From: an uncultured Methanomassiliicoccales archaeon
GTDB lineage: Archaea > Thermoplasmatota > Thermoplasmata > Methanomassiliicoccales > UBA472
DNA: 64,000 nucleotides
NCBI GenBank assembly: GCA_963695345.1
Contig: OY968769.1
Span: forward strand, 1,216,001-1,280,000
Reading direction: 5' to 3'
A program made the translations under genes and the position numbers. Below, piece after piece: positions 1 through 9,832 of the stretch; position 1 is the stretch's first letter; each line of letters opens with the position of its first letter. The notes under the pieces were generated by a model. It worked only from the letters and a program-made list of their open reading frames with translations, was not told the origin of the DNA and searched no databases.

Positions 1-319
1 TCTCCAGCATGGTCTGCGATTCGACATAGACGGTGTTGTCACCGCCGTCTAGGCTTTCCATGACGCCGTATGATACGCAGTCAACGAAGTACATGGACTT
101 GGTACTGATGTCCAGAGAGGTCAATGCCGACGAGATCGTGGATGCCGAGACCGATGACGCGATGTAGATGCAGTTAAGGCCCTTCTTCTTGCTGAAGGTA
201 TCGACCAGTCCGGTAAGGACATCGAAGTAGCCTTCCATGTTGATGTTCAGAACGACACTGACGGCCGGGCCTATTTCCTCCATCTTGGAGACGACCTGGT
301 CCTTCGCCTCTTCCGTCAT
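1..319 (-). CDS. Inactivated KaiC/RecA-like P-loop domain protein (DUF7504-like), truncated by the window edge
   Basis: Manual translation from ATG at 319: MTEEAKDQVVSKMEEIGPAVSVVLNINMEGYFDVLTGLVDTFSKKKGLNCIYIASSVSASTISSALTSLDISTKSMYFVDCVS...; no Walker A; directly downstream of the KaiC-like ATPase; absent from the ORF track. Confidence 0.65.
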   Translation of the reverse strand, partial: MTEEAKDQVVSKMEEIGPAVSVVLNINMEGYFDVLTGLVDTFSKKKGLNCIYIASSVSASTISSALTSLDISTKSMYFVDCVSYGVMESLDGGDNTVYVESQTMLE

Positions 320-320
320 T

Positions 321-1058
321 TCAGATCCCCCTCAGCAATGGCGTCAACAAGAGCCCCAGACTTGTAGTGTCGGTCACGTAGCGGGAACGGGAATGCGCAG
401 CCCCAGACATCTTGACGATCTGGATTATGCGGATGATGTCCCCCCTCCTTTCAAAGTTGCCAAGGGTGATTATGCCGTCGGCGACCACCATCTCAAACCC
501 GTCGCTCTGAGTTGTTTCGGATATCAGTAGGCCGGTGCATTTCAGTTCGTACAGCAGATTCGCCAATCCCTTGAGGAACTCGCGTCCTGCGGACGGCTCC
601 ATTTCCATAAGCAGAGGAGTCGTCGAATCGATGACCAGACGTTTAACGGAACCATTAGTTATCAGGGTCTTTATGGAAACGAGCATCTGCATCGCACCCT
701 CGTTGTCGATGAGGCTATGCTCCACCTTGGCGAACTTCATGATCTCCCCGACCCCGATCGCCTTGAGCGCGCCGGATTCCATTATCTTCTTGTCGAAGAA
801 GTCCAGCGGCGGAACGGACAACATCAGCTTCTCCGCGGAGTGCACGGTGGAAATGAGGACTCCTTTCTGACCTGCCAGTGCGCCCCTGACCAGGAATTCG
901 ATGCCGAGCGAGGACTTGCCTGACCCGCATATGCCTGCCACGAGAATGGCCCCACCAACCGGCAGGCCCCCGCCTATGATCCGGTCCAGACCTTCTATCC
1001 CAGTGACGCAGCGCCTCGATTCCGCTTTCTTGGCCATCTCGGGCATCATTCTTATCAT
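321..1058 (-). CDS. KaiC/RAD55-family single-domain ATPase
   Basis: TGIEGLDRIIGGGLP, Walker A GICGSGKS, Walker B RLVIDS, ADGIITL, IVKMSG. Confidence 0.9.
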   Translation of the reverse strand: MIRMMPEMAKKAESRRCVTGIEGLDRIIGGGLPVGGAILVAGICGSGKSSLGIEFLVRGALAGQKGVLISTVHSAEKLMLSVPPLDFFDKKIMESGALKAIGVGEIMKFAKVEHSLIDNEGAMQMLVSIKTLITNGSVKRLVIDSTTPLLMEMEPSAGREFLKGLANLLYELKCTGLLISETTQSDGFEMVVADGIITLGNFERRGDIIRIIQIVKMSGAAHSRSRYVTDTTSLGLLLTPLLRGI

Positions 1059-1148
1059 GGGATATAGGGTTTCCTGACTGATTAATCAAGTGGTGACATC
1101 AGCGAACGTAACAAAAGGAATAATATTCAGTGGGGCTTTAGAAGGCCT

Positions 1149-2444
1149 ATGAAGCCTGTCCTCCAGGTCGCTCTAGACCTGATGCACCTTAAGCGGGCGG
1201 TCGAGATCGGGAAAGAAGCGGTCGATGGCGGGGCCGACTGGATCGAAGCGGGTACGCCTCTCATAAAGAGCGAGGGCGTCGAGTCCATCCGGGCCTTGAA
1301 GAAGGCCTTGCCTGGCCACGCCATTGTCGCGGACATGAAAACAATGGATGTGGGCGGGTTCGAGGTAGAGATAGCGGCTAAGGCCGGCGCCGATGTCATC
1401 ACGGTCATGGGCCTGAGCGACGACGCCACCATTGAGGAATCCTGCACGGTGGCCGGCCGTTACGGCGCGAAGGTGATGGTGGACCTGATGAATGTCCCGG
1501 ACAAGGTGGCGAGGGCGAAGGAGGTCGAGCGTCTGGGCGCCTCATACATATGCGTTCACATGGGCATCGACCAGCAGATGAAAGGGGACACCACCCCTAC
1601 GGAGCTGGTCCGTCAGGTCGCCTCTTCCGTTTCGATCCCGATCGCCGTCGCCGGGGGCATCACCTCGGAGACCGCCGGAAAGCTGGCCAAGAGCGGCGCA
1701 TCGATCATCATCGTGGGCGGCGGCATCATCAAGACCGAGGATGTGAGGGCGGCGGCGGTCAGGATAAAGAAGGCGATAGAGAACGGTACCGTTATCCCCA
1801 CAGATTTTGAGCGCAAGTATACACAGGAGGAGCTGTTCCAAGCCTTCTCCAAGGTCTCCGCCCCCAACGTCGCGGATGCTCAGCACAAGCGGGGCGTCCT
1901 CAGGGGCATCCTCTCCCGCAATCCGCGCGGGACCAGGATGGTCGGTCGTGCCCTCACGGTCCAGACGGTCAAGGGAGATTGGGCGAAACCCGTGGAAGCC
2001 ATCGACCACGCATCCAAGGGGGATGTCATCGTGATCGATGTTGGCGGAGCGGAGGTGGCGGTCTGGGGAGAGCTGGCGTCATGGTCTGCCAAGCAACGGG
2101 GGGTAGCCGGCGTGGTCATCGACGGGGCTGCCCGGGACATCGACGGCATCATGGACATGGGCTTCCCCTGCTTTTCCAAACTGGTAGCTCCAGATGCCGG
2201 CGAGCCGAAGGGTTTTGGCGGGATCGGTCACGAGATCACGGTCGGAGGACAGAACGTCCGCACTGGCGACTGGATCATCGGTGACGATAGCGGCGTCGTG
2301 GTGGTACAGCAGGAGCATGCCGTCGAGGTGGCGAACCGGGCGGTCGATGTCGCCGAGAGGGAGGACCGGGTCCGGGAAGAAATAAGGCGGGGAGGGACGC
2401 TCTCTTCGATCCAGGAGTTGGAGAGATGGGAACAGGTCCGCTGA
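1149..2444 (+). CDS. hps: 3-hexulose-6-phosphate synthase fused to an RraA/HMG-aldolase-like domain
   Basis: LQVALD, WIEAGTPLIKSEG and VADMKTMD (HPS); C-terminal VWGELAS, GVVIDGAARD and GDWIIGDDSGVV (RraA fold). Confidence 0.9.
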   Translation: MKPVLQVALDLMHLKRAVEIGKEAVDGGADWIEAGTPLIKSEGVESIRALKKALPGHAIVADMKTMDVGGFEVEIAAKAGADVITVMGLSDDATIEESCTVAGRYGAKVMVDLMNVPDKVARAKEVERLGASYICVHMGIDQQMKGDTTPTELVRQVASSVSIPIAVAGGITSETAGKLAKSGASIIIVGGGIIKTEDVRAAAVRIKKAIENGTVIPTDFERKYTQEELFQAFSKVSAPNVADAQHKRGVLRGILSRNPRGTRMVGRALTVQTVKGDWAKPVEAIDHASKGDVIVIDVGGAEVAVWGELASWSAKQRGVAGVVIDGAARDIDGIMDMGFPCFSKLVAPDAGEPKGFGGIGHEITVGGQNVRTGDWIIGDDSGVVVVQQEHAVEVANRAVDVAEREDRVREEIRRGGTLSSIQELERWEQVR

Positions 2445-3127
2445 TCAATCTTCATACGCACACCGTCTACTCCGACGGGGATTTCCTGCCGGATGACATC
2501 GTCCGGAGGGCGTATCAAGGCGGCCTTTCGCACATCGCCATAACCGATCATTTCGAGACCGAGAAGGTGCCAAAGCCGTTAAGGAAAGAACACTTCGAAC
2601 GCTACATGAACAACCTGGATGCGCTCAAGGAGATGTACAAGGGCAAGATCAAGGTCCTGGCCGGGGTGGAGATCGACACAAACCCCATACGCTGCCAGCT
2701 GGAAACGCTACCAATAGATCTGATCAACCGGCTGGATGTCGTCCTTTTCGAGTACGCGAGCGACCCGATGAACGGAGGTCGTCAGCTGGAGGGTTTGGAG
2801 GACTTCAGAAAGCAGCTTACTAAACCGATATGCGGCCTTTGCCACTGGGACATGGACCGGATATTCCCCTACCGGGACCCGGACGAGCTGGCAAACACGC
2901 TCAACGTGATGGACCTTTTCGTGGAGATCAGCACCTCGCCATATTACACGAGAGGCGGATTGCCATTTTTCATTCATGCGGAGCGTTTCTTCCGATCGTT
3001 CAAGGGCAAGGTCAAGGTATCGATCGGGACCGACACGCACCGGAGGATAGATGAGGTAGTGAACATCGACATCGGTCAGGAATTCATAAAGAGGATCGGA
3101 CTGGCAGAGGACGTCGTATTACGGTAA
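2426..3127 (+). CDS. PHP-domain phosphoesterase
   Basis: NLHTHTVYSDG, IAITDH, GVEID and GTDTH motifs; overlaps the end of hps. Confidence 0.85.
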   Translation: MGTGPLINLHTHTVYSDGDFLPDDIVRRAYQGGLSHIAITDHFETEKVPKPLRKEHFERYMNNLDALKEMYKGKIKVLAGVEIDTNPIRCQLETLPIDLINRLDVVLFEYASDPMNGGRQLEGLEDFRKQLTKPICGLCHWDMDRIFPYRDPDELANTLNVMDLFVEISTSPYYTRGGLPFFIHAERFFRSFKGKVKVSIGTDTHRRIDEVVNIDIGQEFIKRIGLAEDVVLR

Positions 3128-3160
3128 GAAGAGGTCGGGGCATTGCGCCCCGAGGAGAGT

Positions 3161-4045
3161 TTAGTACTGGCCCATGTCGTGGGCCTGCTTTTCCAGGCGC
3201 CTGATGCGCTCTTCCATCGGCGGGTGGGTGGAGAATATCCGGACCAGGCCGCTCGCGGCGAACGGGTTGACGATCCAGAGGCCGGATGACGCAGGATTCC
3301 CGAACTTGATCGGGTCCTTTTTCACGCCTGCCTCGAGTTTCCTCAGTGCCCGGGCCAGGTACAGCGGCCTTCCGATGAGCTTCGCTCCCTCGTAATCGGC
3401 CTTGTACTCCCGACCACGTGAGATGGCCAGCTGCACCATCATCGCTGCGATCGGTGCGGTTATCGCGACGGCCAGCATTATCATGAAACCGCCATTGTCC
3501 CGGTTGTTCCCACCGCCGAAGAGCGATCCGTAGAAGGCCCATCTGGCGGCAAACGATATTGCCCCGGCGACGGTGGCCGCGATGCTCATGACCAGTATGT
3601 CCCGGTCCTTCACGTGGGCCATTTCGTGCGCCAGGACCCCCTGGAGCTCGTCGTCGTCCAGTAGCCTCATTATTCCCTCGGTGGCGGCCACGGTGGCGTT
3701 CTTCGGGTTGCGCCCGGTGGCGAACGCGTTAGGCATGGTGGTGGGGATTATCGCGATCTGCGGCATAGGCAGGCCGGAGCGGTCGGCGATGCTCTTCACC
3801 GTGCGGTAGAGACGCGGTGAATCGTTCATCGTGACGATCTTGGCCTTGTATGACCAAAGAACGATCTTCGAAGAGAAGAAGTATGAAACAGCATTGATCA
3901 GCGCTGCGAAGCCAATGAAAATGATAAGCCCCAGCAGCCAATTTCCTATGAAGTAGGTACCGACCAGCCATCCGACTACCATGAATAGCCCGATCATGAC
4001 CCCGAACAGGAGCATCGTCCTGAGAGTAGCGCCCATTGCACTCAT
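3161..4045 (-). CDS. htpX: Zinc metalloprotease HtpX (M48)
   Basis: PNAFATGRNP, AHEMAH (HExxH), ISRGREYKAD, FSTHPPMEERI; start placed at MSAMGAT. Confidence 0.93.
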   Translation of the reverse strand: MSAMGATLRTMLLFGVMIGLFMVVGWLVGTYFIGNWLLGLIIFIGFAALINAVSYFFSSKIVLWSYKAKIVTMNDSPRLYRTVKSIADRSGLPMPQIAIIPTTMPNAFATGRNPKNATVAATEGIMRLLDDDELQGVLAHEMAHVKDRDILVMSIAATVAGAISFAARWAFYGSLFGGGNNRDNGGFMIMLAVAITAPIAAMMVQLAISRGREYKADYEGAKLIGRPLYLARALRKLEAGVKKDPIKFGNPASSGLWIVNPFAASGLVRIFSTHPPMEERIRRLEKQAHDMGQY

Positions 4046-4419
4046 TCTTTTCACCCTTTCCGTATCAATGCTAGAATCGCTATATAAAGAATTTGAAAAC
4101 ACTTCTATAAAAAGGCACCTGGTGATAGCATTCCATGCCACGATTGTCCAGCTATTCACTGTTCATGACGCGATTAGGCAACGGATCGATAAATATCGGA
4201 CCTTCAACGATATCTTACCGCACATGATCGCGGTGGGATGGAAGACAGACCTCATCCGGCGATGAGTTGGTAGGCCGGCCGATTGAAAGCAAGGGCACGC
4301 TGGGCGGTAGCCGAGAACTCGATGGAATATGGATTTGCCGGACTCGTTGAATGATAAAAATGATTCGGGGACCGACACACGATCGATCCGGCTGGTTTCT
4401 TGAGAAAAAGAAAGGAGAG

Positions 4420-5031
4420 TTATAGGGCCACGTAGACCACGTGGCGTCCTCTTTGCTCGGCCTTGATCTTGCCCTTGTCGACGTAATCGAGAAGCATGGT
4501 CTGGAGTTCGTCCTCTTCCATGCCAGAGGCCTTGACCAGCTCCATGAAGGTGTGACCCTCGGTGCTTGCCATGAGTTCCAGGGCGCGTTTCTTTATGGCC
4601 TCCGCCTTCTCCTTTACCTCCTTCTCGTGTAGTTCCTTTTCCTTCTCCGAGGCGATGCGCTCCAACTGAATGGTTGTCATTTCCAACGCCCGCCTCCGGA
4701 AATTCGACACGTCCTTTTCGAGGAGGTCGGATAGCTCATCGACATCGATCCCAGTGTCACGCCATTTCTCCAACCTTTCGCGGCAGGTCGGGGCTGCACC
4801 GGCAGAACCTTCGAATGGCTTACCTGAGGTCAACATGTATCTCACTCCCGTTCCCTTTAGTGCGGAATGCAGGGACTCCAACTTCTCTTGGAACTCACTA
4901 GCGTCGGCCACCTCGCTCTCGAATGCCTGTTGACCGTTCATCTTGTGAAATCCGTGATCGTTGAATATCCCCTCGACCTTGACTGGGGACATTCCTTCAC
5001 TGGAATATACGACCTTGATGTAAGCCTTCAT
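4420..5031 (-). CDS. Hypothetical protein: small alpha/beta N-domain, coiled coil, C-terminal winged-helix-like domain
   Basis: Plausible start MKAYIKVVYSSEG at 5031 (the longer ORF overlaps priS); C-terminal TFMELVKASGMEEDELQTMLLDYVDKGKIKAEQRGRHVVY resembles a wHTH. Confidence 0.7.
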   Translation of the reverse strand: MKAYIKVVYSSEGMSPVKVEGIFNDHGFHKMNGQQAFESEVADASEFQEKLESLHSALKGTGVRYMLTSGKPFEGSAGAAPTCRERLEKWRDTGIDVDELSDLLEKDVSNFRRRALEMTTIQLERIASEKEKELHEKEVKEKAEAIKKRALELMASTEGHTFMELVKASGMEEDELQTMLLDYVDKGKIKAEQRGRHVVYVAL

Positions 5032-5145
5032 TTCTGAACCTTCGTGGAAGAAACAAAGGTAGTCGATAATAAATCTTGGCGTTTGGAAATCATTTAGAGA
5101 ACTTTCGATGACAATAGAGATATGCGAGGAGCCGATAGAGTACCG

Positions 5146-6346
5146 ATGAGCCGAGAGGAAGAACTGGTCACCAGGTGGTTCCGGGAGTACTACTCCAAAT
5201 CGCCCCCGCCCCTTCCCCCGAAGCACATGGAACGGGAGTTCGGTTTCATGTATATGGGAAAGGATTTCGTGCGCCGGCATCTGGCTTTCCCTGACCAGGC
5301 ATCGCTTAACCGTTTTCTGACCAATACCGTCCCCTCCCACGTCTATTATTCAACGGCGCTGTACCAGAACCCCGGGGCGCCCACCATGGACGCCAAACTT
5401 TGGAAGGGGGCGGACGTGATCTTCGATCTCGACGCGGACCACATACCGGGGGCTGCCGGCCTCACCTTCGAGGAGATGTTGGCTCAGAGTCAAGAGGGAG
5501 ATGATACGGCTTCTCGACGATTTCATACTGGACGACCTGGGCTTTTCCGAAAAGGACATCGAGGTGACCTTCTCCGGAGGGAGGGGGTATCACGCCCACA
5601 TCTACAGTGAGAAGGTGCTCAAGCTGAGACCTCACGAGCGTTCCGAGATCGTCGACTATGTGGCCGGGAGGGACCTGGATTTCGAGTGGGTGTTCCCCGA
5701 AAGGACCAAGATGGTCACGAAGTTCAAGACCGGTCAGAGGCTGGACAAGGGTACTGCGTTCCCGGTCGCTGACTCAGGGGGCTGGAAGCGCCGCATGAAC
5801 CAGGGAACTAAAAGGCTGTTCGAGGAATTCAGGAATCTCAGCGTGGTGGATGCGAAGACCCGCTACAAAACGTTCGCCTCCGTCGACGAGAAGCTCCTTA
5901 CTTTGCTGAAGAGAGAGCTGTTCGATGTGAGGGAGGACCTTACCGGCGCCGAGCTGATGTTCCGGGACGGCTCTTTCGATTGCATCGACGACCGGGTCAA
6001 GAAACTGCTGATCGGATGGCTGACCGAGGAGGTCCCGCCACGATCTTCGGCCCAGGTGGACGAACCGGTCACCAGGGACATCAAGCGGTTGATACGTCTT
6101 CCATATTCCCTCCACGGCAAGACCGGCCTCCGGGTCATTTCGATGACGAGGGAGGAGCTGACCGCCTTCGATCCGCTGCGGGATGCGTTCCCTGAGATAT
6201 ACCCAGACACCCCCATGAAGATAAAATTGGCCAAGCCGATCGACATGAAACTGAAGAGGGAGAGGTTCACCGGGGAAGGGGAGATCGAGGTGCCGACCTG
6301 GGCAGGCATATTCATGGTGCTTAGGAAATACGGAACCATCGCCTAG
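5146..6346 (+). CDS. priS: DNA primase catalytic subunit PriS (one apparent +1 frameshift near 5487)
   Basis: REFGF, HVYYSTA, ADVIFDLDAD in the first frame; FSGGRGYH, DEPVTRDIKRLIRLPYSLHGKTG in the second frame. Confidence 0.92.
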
Positions 6347-6426
6347 GCACGGCCCTATTTTTCGCTTGTTGTATCCAGCAACCATAACTATATAACCTGA
6401 CCATCTCAATTTTCCCCCGAATTCTG

Positions 6427-7272
6427 ATGAAGACCGGTAGTGATTTCGAGGGCGGATATCGTGTCGCTAGCATTCGCCGGGTCAAGAAATATCTGTACAT
6501 AATACAGATATTGATCATCCTGGTTTTCGCCACATACCTTATCCTTGCCGGTGGGGGTTTCGGACTGAAGCCGTTCTACCTGTCGATCAATTCGTTCATC
6601 TATTTCGTGATGATCATGCTCCTGGTCATAGCGGTGGAGAGCTTTGTTTTCACCAGCCTGGAGATGCGTTTCCTGAAGAGCAAGAGCACGAAGCGCTACC
6701 TGTCGAAGCAGCATATCAAGCGGGCGGCCTATGTGATCGTCGTCTGTGCGGTCGTCATCTTCATCCTTTGGGCACCGTTCATCACCAAGGCCTTTGAGAA
6801 CACCATGTCGACCACCGAATCGCTGGTCGCCGATTCGGCGTTCGTGGCTGAGAACAGGAACTTCTTCAACGACGACCCGCTCGGTGTGACGGCGATCAAG
6901 ACGGCGGTCTTCGAATCCACCGGTCTGGCGACCGTCTATATCGTCTCTGAGGCGAACTGGCTCCAATTCGGGGGACAGGCCAAGGATGTCGTAGGTCAGT
7001 ACCGGATCAACACCAACCAATACATCGTGAACACGACGCTCACCATCAGTTTCCCTGAGCTGTCGCATTCGAAATATTACCTGCTGGCATATTCCGAGAC
7101 GGGAACGCCGGTGACCATCACCTTCAAACTTAGCAGCGGGATTTCACCGACGCTTTACAGTTTCGTCCCGGTCCTCGCCCTCATGTTCATCGTGGCGTAC
7201 GGGGTCTGGGGAGCGTTCCTGACATTGAGGTCCAGCTATTACACGAAGGGCACTGATGCCATATACAGGTAA
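6427..7272 (+). CDS. Hypothetical membrane protein (3 N-terminal TM helices, soluble domain, C-terminal TM helix)
   Basis: 281-aa ORF with clear hydrophobic segments. Confidence 0.75.
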   Translation: MKTGSDFEGGYRVASIRRVKKYLYIIQILIILVFATYLILAGGGFGLKPFYLSINSFIYFVMIMLLVIAVESFVFTSLEMRFLKSKSTKRYLSKQHIKRAAYVIVVCAVVIFILWAPFITKAFENTMSTTESLVADSAFVAENRNFFNDDPLGVTAIKTAVFESTGLATVYIVSEANWLQFGGQAKDVVGQYRINTNQYIVNTTLTISFPELSHSKYYLLAYSETGTPVTITFKLSSGISPTLYSFVPVLALMFIVAYGVWGAFLTLRSSYYTKGTDAIYR

Positions 7273-8142
7273 TTAGAGGAACGCGCAACAGGTCTCCTTC
7301 TTCTCGACCGTGACCCCCAAGCGCTCCAACCTCTGGACTGCCTCCTGTGAGGGGACGGCGATGCCGGCGATCCCTGCCCCATAACATCTCAACTCGAGAT
7401 CTGGCCTGCCCCTCGGCCTCATGCAGCCCAGGTTGACCGGGCAGTCAAGGGTGTCGACGGCGTATTCTACGATCTCCAGAAAATGATCATCGGAGACGAT
7501 CGGAGACCCTGACATCCTCGTTCCCACGGTGGGGATGAAGGACAACAGAGACAGTGATGATATGTCGTACTTGGCCACCAGATCTATTGCGGCCCTCTCT
7601 CCGGAACGCTCTTCGCCGTTCAGGCCCACGCAGATGTGCGGCACGACCTGCCTGGCCCCGGCCCGGAACAACGACGCCAGCGCTTCCCCGTACGCCTCCG
7701 GCCGGACCTCGAGCCCCAATACTCCGGAGATGACCTCCCGGTCCTGAACGATATCGATACAGAATATATCCACACCGGCATCGACCAGATCGGCGGCTTC
7801 CTCATCGCCGATGAGTCCGGGATGGACGCTGATCCTCAATTTGGTGTTGCGCTTGATATCGGCGATCGACGGAGCGAAGCGTCCAAGAGGGACGTTGGCG
7901 GCCTCGTTGCACCCGCCGCTCAGGAGGAACCCCAGACAACCGCGTTCCTCGAGGTCTCTGGCCAGCATCCGGAGCTCTCCCGGGGTCTCGGCGGAACGCA
8001 TGGCCCCGAGATAGTGCCCCCCGCAGTGGGCGCACTTCAGCTGGCATCGGGTCCCGGTCACCGATACCGAGGGAAACCGACCGCTGGGATAATACGCCAC
8101 CAATGTGGGTTTCCGGCCTATCCCCGACACAATAAAGACCAA
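7273..8142 (-). CDS. Radical SAM protein (biotin-synthase-related, uncharacterised archaeal family)
   Basis: CxxxCxxC = CQLKCAHC; GFLLSGG, VPHICVG, LGCMRP, terminal ETCCA. Confidence 0.85.
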   Translation of the reverse strand: MVFIVSGIGRKPTLVAYYPSGRFPSVSVTGTRCQLKCAHCGGHYLGAMRSAETPGELRMLARDLEERGCLGFLLSGGCNEAANVPLGRFAPSIADIKRNTKLRISVHPGLIGDEEAADLVDAGVDIFCIDIVQDREVISGVLGLEVRPEAYGEALASLFRAGARQVVPHICVGLNGEERSGERAAIDLVAKYDISSLSLLSFIPTVGTRMSGSPIVSDDHFLEIVEYAVDTLDCPVNLGCMRPRGRPDLELRCYGAGIAGIAVPSQEAVQRLERLGVTVEKKETCCAFL

Positions 8143-8185
8143 AAGGTTTATTGCTTAAACACCTTTCCTCGGGGGAGGCGAGCTC

Positions 8186-8428
8186 ATGCAAGGATACAGA
8201 GCAGTTGGCTCATACAAGTTCAGCAATATGAATTACCGGTCCGAGACCCAGGACTTCAATATCGAGGTCGCTGCCAAGGACGAAAAGGATGCTGTTCATC
8301 AGATTTTGTCTAACATCGGCAGCAGGCACCGCATCGAGAGGAAGAACATAACCATCTCTCAGATGACGGCGCTCAAGAACGAAGAGGTAACAGACGTCGT
8401 TGTGAAGCACCTAATCGGTGGTCAGTAA
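8186..8428 (+). CDS. rpl18a: 50S ribosomal protein L18Ae/LX (eL20)
   Basis: LSNIGSRHRIERKNITI signature; conserved position before pfdA-ftsY. Confidence 0.9.
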   Translation: MQGYRAVGSYKFSNMNYRSETQDFNIEVAAKDEKDAVHQILSNIGSRHRIERKNITISQMTALKNEEVTDVVVKHLIGGQ

Positions 8429-8878
8429 ATGAACGAGCAGGAGCTGCGTCAGGCCTTGGGCACCCTTGAGGTGTACAAGGCACAGCTGGAGGCGGTCGCC
8501 GAGCAGCAGCAGCTCATACAGATGTCCCTGGAGGAGTACTCCCGGGCCAAGGACACGCTGACGGAGTTCGCCAAGGCTCCGGAGAACGGGCAGTTGCTGG
8601 TCCCGATCGGCGGCAACTCCTACGTGTACGCCACCGTGGCGGACAACAAGAAATGCCTGGTCGGCGTCGGTTCCGGCATCACCGTGGAGAAGAGCATCGA
8701 GGAGTCCATCCAGCTCATGACCGTCCGGGTCCAGGAGATGCTGGACGCCATGAAGAAGATGAACGAGACGCGCAACGCCATGGAAATGAAGAGCGCGCAA
8801 CTCCAGCAGATCGTGCAGGAAGAGTACCAGAAGATGCAGGGCGCTGCAACAGCAGCAGCAACCCCGGTTCTGAGGTAA
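8429..8878 (+). CDS. pfdA: Prefoldin subunit alpha
   Basis: Coiled coils flanking LLVPIGGNSYV and CLVGVGSGITVEKS hairpins. Confidence 0.92.
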   Translation: MNEQELRQALGTLEVYKAQLEAVAEQQQLIQMSLEEYSRAKDTLTEFAKAPENGQLLVPIGGNSYVYATVADNKKCLVGVGSGITVEKSIEESIQLMTVRVQEMLDAMKKMNETRNAMEMKSAQLQQIVQEEYQKMQGAATAAATPVLR

Positions 8879-8881
8879 TCG

Positions 8882-9826
8882 ATGTTCGAGTCGCTGAAGA
8901 AGGTCTTCGGCCTCAAGCCCAAGGACGTCCCCCTGCCGGAAAAGGCGGAGGAAGTGGTCGGCGACTCCGGAAGGAAGATCTCCGAGAAGGAGCTGGACGA
9001 GCTGCTCTGGGAGCTGGAGCTGGGTCTTCTAGAATCGGACGTCGCCCTGCCGGTCATCGAGGAGATCAAGGCCTCGGTGCGCGAGTCGCTGTTGGGCAAG
9101 CGCGTCGACCGCAAGTTCAGGGTCGAGGAGGTGGTGAAGCTCGCCCTGCGGAACGCCATCGAGAGGCGTGCTCAAGCAGAGCGAGTTCGATTTTGATGAT
9201 TATCGTCGCCAAGCACGAGAAGCCGGTGATCATCATGTTCGTGGGCATCAACGGCACGGGCAAGACGACCGCCATCGCCAAGATCACCAACCGGCTGCAG
9301 AAGAAGGGCCTTATCGGTCGTTCTGGCCGCAGCCGACACCTTCCGGGCCGGGGCCATCGAGCAGATCACCATGCACGGAGAACGGCTGGGCACCAAGGTC
9401 ATCAAGCACCAGTCGGGCGGGGACCCGGCGGCGGTGGCCTACGACGCCGTGGACCATGCCAAGGCGCGCCAGAGGGACGTGGTCCTGGTGGACACCGCCG
9501 GCCGGATGCAGACCAACGCCAACCTGATGGACGAGATGAAGAAGATCAAGAGGGTGGCGAAACCCCATCTGATCGTCTTCGTCGGCGACTCGCTGGCGGG
9601 GAACGACGCCATCGAGCAGGCGGTCACCTTCGACAAGGAGATCGGCATCGACGCGGTCATCCTGACCAAGATCGACACCGACGCCAAGGGCGGGGCGGCG
9701 CTGTCCATCGCCCACGCCATCAAGAAGCCGATCGCCTTCCTGTCCACCGGGCAGGCTTACGAGGAGATCATCAAGTTCGACAGCAAGTGGATGGTCGACC
9801 GGCTGTTCTCGGAAAGCTCCAAGTAA
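8882..9826 (+). CDS. ftsY: SRP receptor FtsY (three apparent +1 frameshifts near 9164, 9204 and 9313)
   Basis: [40 protein letters not shown] and TGQ recovered across frames. Confidence 0.92.
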
Positions 9827-9832
9827 CCGATT

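Noticed and set aside
4258-4292. Hammerhead-like GATGAG...GAAA
   Set aside because: The core reads GCGATGA rather than CTGATGA, and stems I and III are not evident
5480-5500. Programmed ribosomal frameshifting in priS, ftsY or atpI
   Set aside because: No slippery heptamers or shared context, and several shifts per gene; better explained as consensus insertions
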